DNA of 64,000 nt. Origin: Azolla caroliniana. Taxonomy: Eukaryota; Plantae; Polypodiophyta. Position 1 is the stretch's first letter. Every line of letters begins with the position of its first letter. The notes beneath the pieces were generated by a model that was not told where the DNA came from, ran no database searches, and saw only the letters and a program-made list of their open reading frames with translations. Location: contig JBHGNT010000010.1 of assembly GCA_043228905.1 (NCBI GenBank), forward strand, positions 16,368,001-16,432,000, written 5' to 3'. Both the position numbers and the translations under genes were made by a program. Shown piece after piece: positions 24,118 to 47,874 of this stretch.

Positions 24118-25730
24118 CAGAACTATATCTTGTGTTAATTTTATCCGTACTTATTATCATTTAATAATTTTTCTGTTCATCTTCATCCTTACCCAATGCT
24201 CAATTTTTGTCAATCCCCACAATACCAGTCAAGCTCTAATGTTGCATCTATAAAAGAAATGCACATCTGCTCTTTGGATGAGCTATGTACTCATGGTGAT
24301 ACCATCAAGACAAACTATCACTTCATTCTGTCTTTAATCGTGTTCCACCTTATACGAGTAAACTTTTCATGGTCTAGGGCATGTGTTGTAAGATCAACAA
24401 ATTCTCTTCAAAGTAGGTTTGTGAACTTCACTTTAAACCCCTATAACGTTTCTTAACCATCTCTTCATCCTCTTTTCCACTTGCATTTAGTTTGGGCTCA
24501 TTAGTATTCTAAGCTTAAGGCATTCTCTCTTATCTATAAAGTTTAAAATAAGCATACTAGTTACTTGGGGTAGCTTAGAACTCCTTTCTGTTGGTGATAT
24601 GTAGGGGCAGAATAAACTTTTGACCCTAGGGATAATATATTCTATCTTTATTTTGAAGAAAAAGATATATGAGGAAAGAGGAAAGAGGAAAGACAAATCA
24701 TACTTTCTGTAGGAAAACATGAGATCATTATACCATCTGAAAGGTCTTAGAAATATGTGGAATAATAGATCTATATTTTCCACAGGCATTTTACTTTTGG
24801 ATATCACTTGTTTTCAAATGATCAAATGGATAAGTAATCAAATGATCTCCCTTACATTGGAAATGATGAGATCTGTGCCTCAAAATATTAGAAATGAGTA
24901 TTAGTAGGATCTCCCTAAATTTTTGAAATAATGAGTTATAGCTCAAAATATTGTGAAATGCACAGCACTCATGCACACCACAATATTAAGAAAGAGTATA
25001 AAACATGAACCGGGAATTATCCAACTCACAATAGTTGCACATCAGGAATTATCCTGCTCACGATAGTTGTACCTAACTCTTAGAAATGACATAGGGATTA
25101 ACATCAGAAAGGCACACAGAATTTATCTCAGCATCAGATGTGAACAAGGAATTTTACAGCCATAAGTGCATTAATAACCCAACAAGAAATTCATCAAAAA
25201 TGAATTCCATAAGTTAAACTTACCATGCATGTGGGAGTTGGCTTCTGTTATATTAACTTTAGTTTTGCTAATATTCAGGTTGACTAGGTTCAGATTAACT
25301 TTGTCGCAACTAGGATCAACTTAACTCTGTCACAATACATTACATAATCAGGAAGATGATCTTTGTGGAAACTAGGATCAACTGAAATAGGACCTCTTTT
25401 CAGATAGCCACCTTTAAGAGAAATTTTCTCTTTGCAAAACATTCACTTTGATAAAAAAACATTGACGAGTTTTTTTATCTCCACAAACAACACAAATAGA
25501 ACCTCAAAACCAGAATAGCCACAGGAACACGGTTCAGCAAACTATGATATTTCAACATCTCAAACCCCAGATCAATACCCACCAAAAAATACAGCTTGAT
25601 AAAAACTGTATGACGAATCATATGTAGATTTCCAAAAGTCCTTTTCAAAGTAATTGATGAGGATTGGTTCTGACTATCCTAGTCTTTTATTTTGGTTAAA
25701 AAAAAATCTTCAGAGCATTGTTACAATGCC

Positions 25731-34642
<8,912 letters not shown>

Positions 34643-35299
34643 TTTCTGGGGGAGGAGGAAACGCAGAACTCTCTCTCTCTCTCTCTCTCTCTTCCTGCTG
34701 CTCTTCTTTTGTTCACATTTCCAAAACCTTCCATCATCCCATACGTGCACTCGCATTCGCGAATGTTTCAACACATTCGCGTATGGTACACACCCTTCAA
34801 AGTATGGTAAATACCTTACTTTTTTGTATTCATTATTTATTATAAGGTAAATTTGTTTTTAAAAGGTAAGAAAGATAAGGTAAATAGTGTTTTTTTTTTT
34901 TTTTAAACATGAGAATGTTTTGATAACATATGCATTCGTATGAAAAAGGGAATGTTTGCCAATGCATTCGAGTATATTACGTTCAACTCAAATCATTCAT
35001 TCGCCCACCAAGAAACATGAGGAGGAGGAGGAGGAGGAGGAACCCTGAGTTTTCCATTATTCCATCCGGTGCCCCTCTCGGCATTCTCTCTTTCCTCTCC
35101 TCTCCTCTCCTTTCTTTTCCTTTCATGTTCCCTTTAACTCGTATGCGTGTGTAGTACACGCGCACGCGCTCGTGTCTATCTACTACCAAGTCATAGAGAG
35201 GCCTTCCTGGCGAGGGAATCGTGGCCATCAATGGGCGGACGGTGCATGATGCGTTTTCGAGGGCACGCTTGATCTGCACCGTCAGATCTTTATCTAAAA

Positions 35300-38200
35300 A
35301 TGCGCACGAATTTCTGATAGCGCAACTTTGCTAGCCTCTGTCACCAGTAGCCCAACTCTCTGATTGCTGTAACCCAACTCAAAGCCATAGCCTGACACAA
35401 AGCTTGACATTGTAGTATCAATATAAATGGTTGTTGGGATGGAGATCCATTTGGACCAGGCAAGTATGGCTTCACATGAACCACTTTCCCTAAATCTTGA
35501 ACTACATAGGCATCTTGCATCATCAAAGACCAATCAACTTCGGACAATGCATTTTCTTATTCTTTAATGTATTAGCCATTGTATGAACCTCCTTTGGTAT
35601 CATAAAGAATCTAAAAGTCACAAGTTCTAATGGACTAGCCTTGGACTTGTGATATATTCTTTTTCACATGCTCATCCGTGCAACATGCCTTGCACACCCA
35701 ACATCAAATAGGTCATATTTGCAACACCATATGACATTAGGTGGTCCGGCAAATGGTACACATCGAGTCTACTTTCTAAAACATGGCCACTACGAAGTCC
35801 ATATACATAAATGGTCATGGCTGCATGCTTAACCATGGTTCAATCTAACATTGACATGAAAACTACACCCACATCGCGATGAATCCTTTCTCCTTCGAGT
35901 GCAATGATGAACTTGTTGAGGCACACTTGTGTGATGACAATCATATACATCACGGCAACACAAAATACCTTTGGGAACAATACCTTGGATTCGTTGTCTT
36001 CCTCAAATGTTAATGATGTTGTGGAACATGACAATGTTTCCTCTAATTCGTCTTTAGACATTACAAATATGAAATCTACATCTCTCAACATGATCGCAAT
36101 ATCTTAGTATGTATGATAGCAATTAGGATGTTTGATAATGTTCAATGAAGGACAACCAACTAAGGGCACAATTAAGAAAAATTAAGGGCAAAATTAAGTA
36201 AAAATTGATGGTCCAAAGTCGGGCAATATGATCTTTAAATATGATCATTGTAGGTAGTTGGATGACTATGGTGATTTTGGTTAGGCTACTCATTAATGAG
36301 CCAGCCTCCAACCTGGAATAGAGCTACTCGTCTGGTGACTACCATATATACGTATAGACACCATGTTGACCTTTAATACCATATTGGCCATAAACTTCAT
36401 TTTCATGCCATGATTTCAAAATACACTTTGACACCATATTGACCATACACTTCATTTTTATGCCACGATTTCTAAATACACTTTGACACCATATTGACTA
36501 TACATGTCATGATTTCAAAATACACTTTGACACCATATACACCAAAATATTGCTTCCTCATTATGGCAACTAATAATGTTTCACACCGAATATCTTGCAT
36601 TGAATATTGAATAGTGATTATACAACAAATATACCATGTACAAAATGGGATGGTTGGTTGCCAAGAATTATGATATCGATACAAATTGATATTACACCAA
36701 ATCCGCCATATACAAAATCGGAATATACAAAATGGGATGGCTGGTCCAAAAGTTTTAGATATCGAAAAGCTTGAAACCTAGTGTGCCCATTTCACCAGTC
36801 ATCCAAAGGAGCTTGTTTAACTTGTACCACATTAAGTAGATCGAGCATATAGAGTTTGTAATGCATGAAGAACTTGTGGGATTGAGATTGATTATCTATA
36901 TGCCCACCCTTGTAATTGTTGTAATTTTGAACTTTGATAGCTTTGACGATATAATTGTTTGATAATATCCTATATTTGACTTTGTACATCCAATAACTCT
37001 TCATCACGAGGAGTATATGTGTATTGGTAACACATTATATCTAATGAGAACTTCTGACACTTTACTGATAAAATGTTTGTGTCTTTAGCATGAATCAACC
37101 CATAACCCTATGAATGTCTTCTAATATATTGTGATGATTTATCCAATCATCAATGCATCCAACCCATTCATTCTTACACACCTTTGTAACAATACTTTGT
37201 TCCATACAAGCATAAAAAAAAGAAGTGTAAATAACAAAGAGTTAAAATGCAAAGGGGCCTTTTAAGTAAAGATTTATACATATTTGTCACTTGCTTATTG
37301 AACCCAAAAACATGTGGGGAATGATACAACAACACTAGATCTTGCAAAACTAACATATCAAGCTATTTTTATGAAAATTATTTGTCATACATCAAATGAA
37401 ATTTGCTTCATCACACATTCTATCCAAACTACTATATGTTTGATGTTGTTGTGTAAATTGAAAAATAAACCCAATCTTAGATTGATGCATCATGCAAACA
37501 TTTCCATACACACAACTTTTGAAGGCATCAGATCCCAAATTTGTTTGCTCGGGAGAATCCATTAGTTAGATGTAAAGTAGTTTGTCATCCATTAACCCAA
37601 ACATTAAATGACCCATAAAAAACTTAAACAAACAATTTATAAGATTTGAATAATTGGAGATCATAGCGCAATATGTTGAGTAGCATTACCGCCTCATTGA
37701 AACAAGTAACTTCCATAAGAAAAACCGTCTAGAAAGATCGCTACAATACAACTTTGTGAGCAATGTTTGTCCTGCACAATCATCACTTCACTTGAATAAT
37801 GATGAGAATGTTGACTCACATAAAATGTGGAATGTCCACATAAATGCATTATAATAATTTTAGATCATGATTCATGATACTTATGTCCGACTGCAAATAA
37901 TATATCCCATTCCCTACTTAAAAAGTTTGTCATAATAAGTATGTATGATGAGGTGAACATGTCCATATCATATTCTATAATATCACTTTCATGGTATCAA
38001 CTTTATTGAAGTTATTGCTCCTTACAAACATTTGCATCTATAAAAGTACTTACACATGTTCCAACATTGCATAAGGTTTTAGATGTCCTAGATCCTCAAA
38101 GCTTTTTATTTAAACTTGACATCAATCACTTCCGTTACAAAATCCTAGGTTATTTGATGGTTGCACAACCCTACCTAGTGAATCAAATTGCAATCAGGAA

Positions 38201-39480
38201 GGTAACCTTTTATCACAAACTTTTCTTTTCCATTGACCTTTCTTAGGTCCCTCCATTCTTGAATAACCTTGTGAGAAAGTGTGATTGTTATTATTGGACT
38301 CTTCCCTTTGCATCGCAAGACCCTTTCCTTTTATCTTACCTTGTACTTGACATAATTTCTTATTAGATACTACATCTACATTTAGGCTAGTATTTGGATT
38401 CTTACTCTCACTAACAAAACCTTGGCTTTTACCTCGATCATCGTTATGACCCATCCCATTAGAATTTCCCTCATCCTTGACAATATCAACAATTGATAAC
38501 GCGACATCCCTCTAACCTCATTCCTTTCTCTTATCTCCAATAAGGTTCTCCATTGATGGTTGTAACTTGTACATGATATTGACATTTAGTCATAAAGTGC
38601 CCCTATTGATCGCATTTAAAATAATTGCTTGCATATGTCTACCACTTAAGCTTGAAATAAAGTCACCTCCTTCTAGACGTTTATGAGTTGTGTCCCACAA
38701 CATGAAAAATCTACAATTGTTCAAGGATTTGGCTCAAGAAAAAACCAACAACATACCCATATGAGACACGAAACCTGGCAACAATGGCCACAAAATGATA
38801 CTTTACAATCCATTGTCACCCAAGCATGACATTCTTGTTTCAATAATGCACATAGTAAACCATGCATGATCACTACATATGATGTACCAAAAATGCACTT
38901 CATTAGATGCACACTACATATGATGGACTGAAAATGCACTTTATTAGATGCACATAACAAACCACATATGAACACTACATCATTGGGAGCTTTTCAAACA
39001 ATGCACTTTGATGCTTTGACGAGCACCATACAACACCATAAAAGTCCTTAATCACAATTAGGCAAAATAATTGCATTCAACTTTTGCTTAATCCATGGGA
39101 TTAAAGGATGTTTATAGTAAATAATAGAGCGACAATGCAATTGTAAAACATGTCAAAACATTTAAACATTGACATAACATCGATATCCACATCCATAACT
39201 TCCTCTTCGACACATTCCTTAACTTCTTCTTCATTTTGCTCTACCAACCTTGATATTAAAATATTCCAATATCCTCCATGTTTGCATCTATTTCACAAGC
39301 CTCAACATATGATGACATTAATATTTTGCTTTTTCAATATTTCATATTCATTCACACTCCCACAACATTCTACAATCAACAAATTACTTCTCTCTGCAAC
39401 CTTTGTACTCATATGATCCTCCTTAACTCATTGAGAATATTTTTCATTCATATGTTCGTTTAGCAGCAATTACAAGAAGA
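35300..39480 (-). mobile_element. Highly decayed L1-type LINE; boundaries approximate
   Basis: Minus-strand remnants in L1 order: ORF1 knuckle YFKCDQ*GHFMTKC (about 38580-38625), endonuclease CWN (about 38060) and FTQQHQTYSSLDR (about 37420-37460), KAPGPDG-like QAPLDD (about 36800). Confidence 0.55.
36355..36550. repeat. Short tandem repeat (TTGACACCATATTGAC... units of about 45-55 bp)
   Basis: Seen directly in the sequence. Confidence 0.75.
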
Positions 39481-40853
39481 GAAACCCCAAATCGACCATG
39501 ACAAAGTAAAACCCTAAACCCTTAGAGCTGCGCATATTCGACCTTTCTTTATCTCTCTCTCTCTCATTCAATCTCTTGTGGGCTTGATAAAATAAATACA
39601 GTTAGGTAGCACAACATCGTGGAGGTGTAGAAGATGGTCCTCGAACATGACCACCTTGGAGTCCAGGCAACCACTCCATACATAGTGATGCCTCTTAGAG
39701 TTGAGGTGAGACCCATTCAATAGGAGAGTCCACAAGTACATGGCCAAAGTGAAGGACATGGAGATGCACTCCTTGCTCATTTAGAATTGGGATGCTAGCA
39801 TCAAAATGAAGCCTAAGTCAAAATAACAAAGTTTTACCTTTTAGTGAAGCACACAACAGTCAACTCCCACTAAGAGGCTGATGATTAAAATAAACTCACA
39901 CTAACAATATGAATCATTTAGCATAATTTGGCATGCATGATCTAAATTTGTTATTCGCCTTGACATTTAGATGTCAAAAATCAAATTCCTAACCAAATTT
40001 CGATGGAGGAATAATGTATAAACAAGGTAAATTGTAGTTTTTGCCGAACACCACCTACATCAAGGATCATGCAACCAATCAAAGTATACTTGGATTAATT
40101 CAACTGTAAAAAAGTAAGCTAGAGAAAATCATGTATAAATACAATAATGTATAACTAAATTATCACCAATTCACTAAAAGTATTGCCCCCATACATTATG
40201 AACCTTTTTATGAGTTAATAGTATAAAATTCACTATCCCGTCATTTTGAAAAGTAATGCGCCATTTGAATGGAAAGTGAGTATGTAAGTGAAAGCAAATA
40301 GAATTATTGAAAATGGTGTCAAATGCTCACATTTGTTTAGAAAACTACATGTGTGCATTATGTCGTGTTTTATATGTGTGGAAATGTTTAAAATAACTTA
40401 GATTGAAAAGCACAAGCTTTACAACCACATAATACATTATCAAGCCACATATGTATTTTTTATTTTAAAAAGTTACGATAATAAGCTCTTCAATATACTA
40501 ACAATAATTTCATCTGAGAATATTCTAGGGAGTGACTTAGAGATTTCACATTAGGCTTTTGAATTTGATGAACTAATTACATTGTGTTAGGGTTATGTAG
40601 AACCTATTCGTGTTGGGTACTTATCTTCTCGTATTAAAGGCACGTAGATTTGCTTTGAGAATGTGCACAAATTAAGAATAAAAGATATGAATCACACAAA
40701 TGTCCTAGAGAGTCACAACAATTGTTAATAGGTGTACAAAGCTAAGAAGTTATAATATTTGGCTTCATGTAATGGATAAAACTAGCAAGAGTTGCTAGTG
40801 AGAACAAATTAAGTATACAAGAATAGGTCAAGTTTTAACTAGGATGTTATTCA

Positions 40854-43800
40854 AAATGGAGGGAGGTTCTTCCCAAAATTGGGGCCGCAATTGGAAGAGT
40901 GTTGCACGTTAATTCGTCTATGTTTAGGGACATTGTCGAAAAAGGAGGAGCTCCGTCTGTCAAGCTACTCTATCAAAAGGATGCAGTTTTACCTAATTGG
41001 ATTCGTCTTCCGAAGTTGCAAAGTAATATGTTTCAGAAAATTCAAAAAGTGCTTTACTTTGGTTTGCCCAACCATTGTTTTTCTTGTAAAAAAATCAGTC
41101 TTCGGTTGCCCATGTCAAGCCTATTGTTGTTGTGAATAATCAAAGTAATAGTGTTGTCAATACTTTGTTGCCTCATGCAATTCAGCCGAAGAAGGTTTTC
41201 GATACATCTTCGAATTATGCGTGGAAAAGGAAAAGTGTTGACATGCTTTCCTCAAATCCCCTTCAAATTGCATTGACTGAATGTAGTAAGGACGCTTTGC
41301 GGCAAGATATAGGAATGTCAGTTTCCGCTCCATCTATGGAGATTATTCCAGTCATTTCCCCTCACTCTGCATTGCATGAATGTAGTATGGATGCTTTGCG
41401 TAAAGATGTTGGAATGTCAGTTCCCACTTCCTCTTTGGAAATTGTCCTAGTCATTGACCAAGTGCCAAAACAAGTTATGACAAAAGTTAAAACATTAGTT
41501 CAAAAAATGATAACCTCTTTTGAACATAAGGGTCCAAAGGTAGATGCTCGATCGTATTCGATTGTTTTGCAGACGGAAGTCAGGAATTGTCTTATGTTTT
41601 CCCCTCTGTGAAGGACAATATAGAAGCATTTGGGAATAGTAAAAATAGGGTGCATAAAGACCACCGTGTTTTATACAAAGATTCCCGTATGGAAAAAAGA
41701 ATAACAAGAGCAATAACATCTTCTCAAAAGGAGAGACAAGGAGTTTTGACTAATAAGAGGTCTTTTCTCTCTCACTCTTAATATGGATTATTTTAACATT
41801 GCATCTTGGAACCTTCAAGGATTAGGTGTGAGTCATTGTAATAGAGTAAAATGTTACTTGAATCAAGAACTATCTTTATCTTCTATCGGTAGACGTGATA
41901 TGTTATGTTTTCAAGAACACCATCTTAATTCGCGAAGAATGGCATCGATTCAAAATTTATTACAAGGTAGTTGGAGTTATGAATGGGTCCCAACTTTTGG
42001 ACCCTCTGGTACCCAAGGTGGTCTTTGTATCGCACTTAGAATGCAATGGCAGTCTCATGTGCAGGCTAAAGGAGTCTTGAATGATGGTAGAGCTCAATAT
42101 ATGCTTATTCTTATTTCTGGGAAGTTCATTGGTTTTTTGAATATCTATGCTCTGAATTGTGTTGCGGGAAGAATTCGTTTGCGGAATATGTTATTGCAAT
42201 ATCTTCCTATGCCACAACATTGGTGTATATGTGATGATTGGAACATGATTGAAAGCCCTATTGATAGATTAGGTGGTTCTTCCATTACTATTTCAGGTTC
42301 GCAATTGCGTGAGTGGGGGAAACTAATGTTCAAATATGAAGTTATTGATTTGTGGCATATTCCTACTTTCTCTCGCATGCATGATTCCTTATTATATTCA
42401 TGTTCCAATCGAAGAAGTGCTACTCTCAATTTGTCCAGAATAGATAGGTTTTATGCAGATTCTTTTTTTTGGGATCGTGGAGGATATGTGGGTATTGTAT
42501 CTGGCACTTCATTCTCTGATCATGCTCTGATTTTGCTCAAATTCTATATGGACAATCATAATTCTATTTCCCGATTGTATATGCCAAGGTTTATTGTTGT
42601 TTATATGACTTTGCAACATTCAGTTTTTTCAGTTTGGAGAATGGTTGTTGGAGAATCTAATTGTCAGAAATTGTAGAATGCTCTTATTGTAGTCTCCAAC
42701 TTCTTTGTATAGCAACCTAAGATAAAACAAAGTAATTACACTAGAGGTTTGCTAAATGCAAAGAGAGTTTTGTCTTCTCTTCAAATTTTGCAAGAAAAAC
42801 AGTCTCATTCTCAATACATTCATTCTGAATTGCAAAATGTTACGATGTTGATTGCTTCTTTGCAACAAAAGCGTGCACAATTTTCTTTTCTAACATCTGT
42901 AGCAAGATGGTGTGCAAAAGGTGACACCATGTCGATTTTAAAAAAAAAATGTTATGCCTAAAAGAAATAAGATCCAGATAGTGCAGTTAAAAAGATCTGA
43001 TGGTTTTGTCACAACGGATAGAGTTGAAATGAGGCATATTGTAGCCGATTAATATGATTCTTTGTTATCAACATATATTTCGAATGTTGAAGTTCTACAG
43101 ATGCGTCAAAAAGTTTGGACTGCTACTTCGGTCAAGGTAACATCTCTGATGTCACATCAACTTCTTTGTCCATTATCCTCTTTTGAAATTTTGCAGCCTA
43201 TCATAGGTATTGGAATAGATGTCTGCCCGGGAGTAGATGGAATGGGGAGAGATTTTTTCCTTATATACTGGGAGTTGATTGCTGACGATTTACTTGCAGC
43301 ATTTCAAGAAATGTTTAATACAGGTATTATGCCACAAATGTGGAAAGAGGACTTGGTTTGCCTCATTCCGAAAGGTGATGTAGTCACAGATGAGGTTAAG
43401 GGTTGGCGCCCCATTACTCAATTAAACACAATTTACAAAATATATGCTAAGTTGTTGGCTTTGCGATTGCAACCCTTTCTTCCGGACATTGTGCATGCAT
43501 CTTAGACGAGATTTATGCAGGAAAGTAGTATCTTTGATAAAGTTTTTTTGTTTTGGGAGTTAATAGGGATTGCAACAAAGAATAAGGAAGATCTTGCAGT
43601 TCTTTTATTAGATTTTGAGAAGGCATATGACAGAGTTAATTGGAACTTCATGGAGGGTTTGTTTTTGAGATTAGGCTTTCCTGTCCAATGGATTAGGGTT
43701 GTAGCTTCGTTCGTTGTATCATGAGGCTTTTAGTTTGGTCTTGGTAGTTGGTGGGCAAACTAGGAAATATAACGTGTTCTATACATCAAGGCTGTCCATT

Positions 43801-46259
43801 GGCCCCATCCTTGTTTTTGCTAGTAGTGGAAACATTTTCAATGTATTTAAATTCTTCTCAAGTTTCTCTTAAGGGTTTGCCTTTGCCCTCAATGCAACAA
43901 CAATTGCTGGATTCAGAATTTGCTAATGATACGACAATTTGTGTCCAAGTTAATGATGATACTTTAAGAAAATTGCAAGTAGCGGTGGAGGAATTCTGCT
44001 TGGCCTTTGGAGCAAAGATAAATTGGTATAAATGTCTTGGTTTTTGGGTATTGTCAAATGCGTTGCTACTTGGATGCCTTCGCAGGAATTCAAATGGGTT
44101 CTTGATGGAACCACTATTCGTTTCTTGGGCTACCAAGTGGGACTTCACATTAATGTGGATGTGTTAGTTGCTCATCTACTTTTAAAGTTAAGGACAAAAT
44201 TGTTGCTTTGGGATTCGGTTGACCTATCATTTGTAGGTCGTGTACTTGTAGCTAATCAAGTTCTTCTTGCAACTATTTGGTATATTGCTTCTACTACGTT
44301 GTTTGCTAGGTCATGTATTTTGCAGGTGCAATGTCTTATTCACAATTACATTTGGGGAGGAAAAACAAGTCAAAATAAAAGGCCTACAGTAGTTTGGGCA
44401 GTATTGATTGCTCCGAGACAAAATGGTGGGTTGGGATTGGTGGATCCAGAATCACAATGTAAGCCTCTGCTCTCTAAATTTGTGTGTAGAGCTATGTTGC
44501 CAATGGAAGGTGTTTGGAGTCAACTAATGATGCATAGGTTGTCTACTATGTATCCGACAATAGGTGGAGTTTGGAAACCCTAATTAAGGTGGGCTTTTAT
44601 TCAGATTTTTATTTCTTTAAAACATCCTTACCAGAAGATAGATTTTTTAATGGAATTCTCACAAGTTGGGCTGTTGTTAAAAAATTTCTGGTCTGGAAAA
44701 TGCCTTTGACAATGGATGACTTGTTGAGACAACCTTGGATCTGGAATTTTCTCTTCTTTGATGCAAGAAGTTTTTTGCTTGGTAGCTGCCCTAGGCTAAA
44801 TTGGGCTGCTTTGGATGCATTAGTTGCATGTAATGTTCTTTCATGGGGATGCCATGTTATGAATCTACCGTTACAATTTTTATCAATGCATTCAGTTCGA
44901 GGAGGCGTTCTTATGTGTGATGATATGCAAGTGGCGTTGGGACAATTTATGGCGTCATGGTCCCCTCCAAGTAATTAGATATGGTTTGGTTATTTTTCTC
45001 CTTTAAAAGTTATTTTAGGAGCTAAAGTAACTAATGCTACGGGTGATGCGATGTATTTTAATGTTGATGATGATGGTAGGTTGTGACATGTATACTATGC
45101 ATTAGATGTGTGGATGTCCACCAACACTTTGGCTATTCGAGTAGTCGCAAGATCAGGAAAAAATGGGCTTTAGATCCACCCTTTCATGAATGCTTGTTGT
45201 ATTGCTCATTGTGGGTTTTTAGAAAAAACCTCTTCATAATTTGGATTGGGATCTGACTGATTATCACTAGAAAAAGGCGAGTTTTGGTGGAAATGGTAAA
45301 CATTTGGAGTTTTTCCAATATTCGGTTAAGCTAGGTAGAAATTTGTTGTTGTAGTCAAAGTATAAATGCCCTGCTGCCATGAAGCATTGGTCTGAGAATA
45401 ATGTTCAGGAATTACAACTTGCAAAATTTTGGAAATGGTTTGTAGTTGCCAAAAAACGTTACTTGCTTTCGTTGGCAGTTGATTCATTATGCTCTTCTCG
45501 TTGGTGATTGGTTGAGACAACATCAACAATATGCTTGTGGTTTGCATTGTGGCGCACCTATTGAATCAAATTTGCATGTGTTTTAGTTATGTCCCAAGAT
45601 CAAGAAATTTTGGAGTAAGTTGTTTTTATTGTTGAGACAACACTACTCTCGTTCAATATTCTCTTGGGGTGCAGTATTGTGGGGTGTCCTTCATGGAGAG
45701 GTTATGAGGTATGAAAGTACGCATGCTTCTCATGGTTTTCGTTTTTCTTATGGACACCTCTCTCTCACCTCATTTCCTTCTTCTATTCCATGGTTCAAAA
45801 TAAAAAATCTGGTCAGTTGGTGTACTATTACGTCATTGGCTCTTTGGATAATATGGAAAGCGAGATGTGATTATGTTTTTAACAATGTCCACATACATCT
45901 CAACATTATGCTTATTGAATTCTGGATGTTGTTTGTTCACACACTACATGGTCAATATGATGATTTGCAGGGTTTGGATGATGTTATGTGGCAACGACAA
46001 GTGGCCTTTAAGAACCAATGTCAAGGACTTCACTTATTTTCGGATAGAACTATTGGTCCAAAGTGGAATTATGCCATACCTTCTTTTATGTTGGATAGTG
46101 GATAGTATTGTTCTACTTGTTCATACATGACATCATCTGGTTGATCAAATGTACTACCAGTTGTATCTTACAATAAGAAGTGAGATGAAATATCTCCTTC
46201 TGTTTTTTCTATGTAGAGTTTTCAAGTAATATACTAAGGTGCATCTTTCTTTAAAAAAA
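40854..46259 (+). mobile_element. L1-type LINE, 5'-truncated in ORF1; ORF2 (EN, RT, C-terminal domain) disrupted by stops and frameshifts
   Basis: 17-bp TSD AACTAGGATGTTATTCA (40837-40853 and 46260-46276); A-tail. Motifs IASWNLQGL, FQEHH, SRIDRFY, SDH, CPGVDG, WRPITQLNTIYK, LDFEKAYDRV, QGCPLAP, GGLGLVD. Confidence 0.95.
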
Positions 46260-47324
46260 AACTAGGATGTTATTCATGACATAAAACTTTAGGGGAGATA
46301 ATTATCTTTGTGAGGGAATACTTTTGTGTCTCTATAGGGAAGTGTGTCCATTTCCTAGATCGTGCAATTGAAACAAATATTTATTGGAAAATAATGTTTG
46401 AAGGAAAAAAATTCCCATGGGACAAGAAATGCTATGAACTCTGCTTGTGAACCACCAAAGGAGGGCATCTCAATAATCAATCAAGAGATTCATAGGAGCT
46501 AGAGAAGTCACATATTTGGGACTTCAGGTATGATCCTAGTGACCCCTGGAGTAGCATGCATACACATACGGCAGTCTATGACCATGATGATCTGATTAAC
46601 AAAACTTGGACTTGCATATAAGATATGCCATACAAGTGGTTTCTACATAGAACATCATATGTTATTTGTTGTTATATGTCTCTAAATTAATAGATATATG
46701 ATGATTCAATGAATCATTCTCCCCCACCTTTAAGTTTAAGGTATGCCAATATCTAACATACATATACCAAGCACAAATTCAATGAGGTGAAAATCATAAA
46801 TCAACACGGGAATTTGGGAATAAATACCATACTATTAATTTTGGAAAATAAGGATCCATCAAGCTTCAATCCAAGGTGAAGAAATTGAACAATTAAGGCC
46901 TTTAGCATCCCAAAAATGAGAGGATTATTTTCAACTCTAGAAGGCACACATAAAGAGATGTAAACTAGCTACATCACCTAATTATAATGTTAATAGGCCT
47001 AACGCAATCGGGTCTTTTCTCTTAGCTCGAGAGCTAGACCAAAATTTGGCACCAATGCCAATTCAATAAAGCAAAAATATGTATGGGTGGTTCATGAACA
47101 ACTGTATGAGGAATGGTGGCCCTAGGCTTGTTCATTGCATCCATAACTTCTTGACGCTTTTCTTTTGTTGCATTCCATACATCATTGTCTCATTAAACGT
47201 AAATGGAAGAAGGTCACAATTAGTGATATAGCCAATGGACATAGGGCCAAGTTATGTAAGTTAAATTTTATATATTTCCAAATTATGGTAAGTCAAACAA
47301 ACATTATGATGTTATACATGGAAG

Positions 47325-47874
47325 CTACATGGACATATGGTTATTAGTGGTCGGCCTTACGGTCTGGCAAGTGTGGGTATCTAGGTGCAAGGAGACTTTT
47401 GCAGGTAAGCGAACCCCACCGGCTGAGAATTTAATGATGATCTGGTTTAATCTTATTTCTACGTTACGAGGAGAGTTTGAAAGTTTTCAAGGGCCCTTTG
47501 ACGCAAGTGAAGAAGCTAGAGCTCGTTTCCTTCTGAAATGGAGCGGTTCGTCGATGCTGCAGATGGTGGATGGTAAAGCGAAGTGGAATTATCAACCACC
47601 ATGGTGGTTGTTCCCCCCGAGTGTACCTAACATCTAGATGGGTGCTACCATGAGAACCGAATGGAGGACATCTATGTTGATTCATTCTGTTTTGTAGAGT
47701 ATGCGTTCGGGTAATGTTATGCGCATTGAGTGTTTTGGTGTTGTTCTTTTGTTGTTTCATCTACACATATTATTTTCTTTTGACATGCAAGATGGCTTGT
47801 AAGATATGAGTTGTAAATTATCCCTTGTACATTGCCTTAACTAATGGAAGTAGTTTTTTTTTTGGAAAAAAAAA
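47325..47874 (+). mobile_element. 5'-truncated LINE 3' end inserted in a local tandem duplication
   Basis: ORF2 C-terminus VWQVWVSRC..KWNYQPPWWLFPP followed by an A-tail. Flanking sequence at about 47130-47324 is repeated at about 47900-48135. Confidence 0.8.

Noticed and set aside
34643-34774. N-terminal extension of NDUFAF7 exon 1 in the ORF track
   Set aside because: It begins at a non-ATG codon and crosses a (GA)n tract. MVARWSS.. at 34642 gives a typical mitochondrial presequence.
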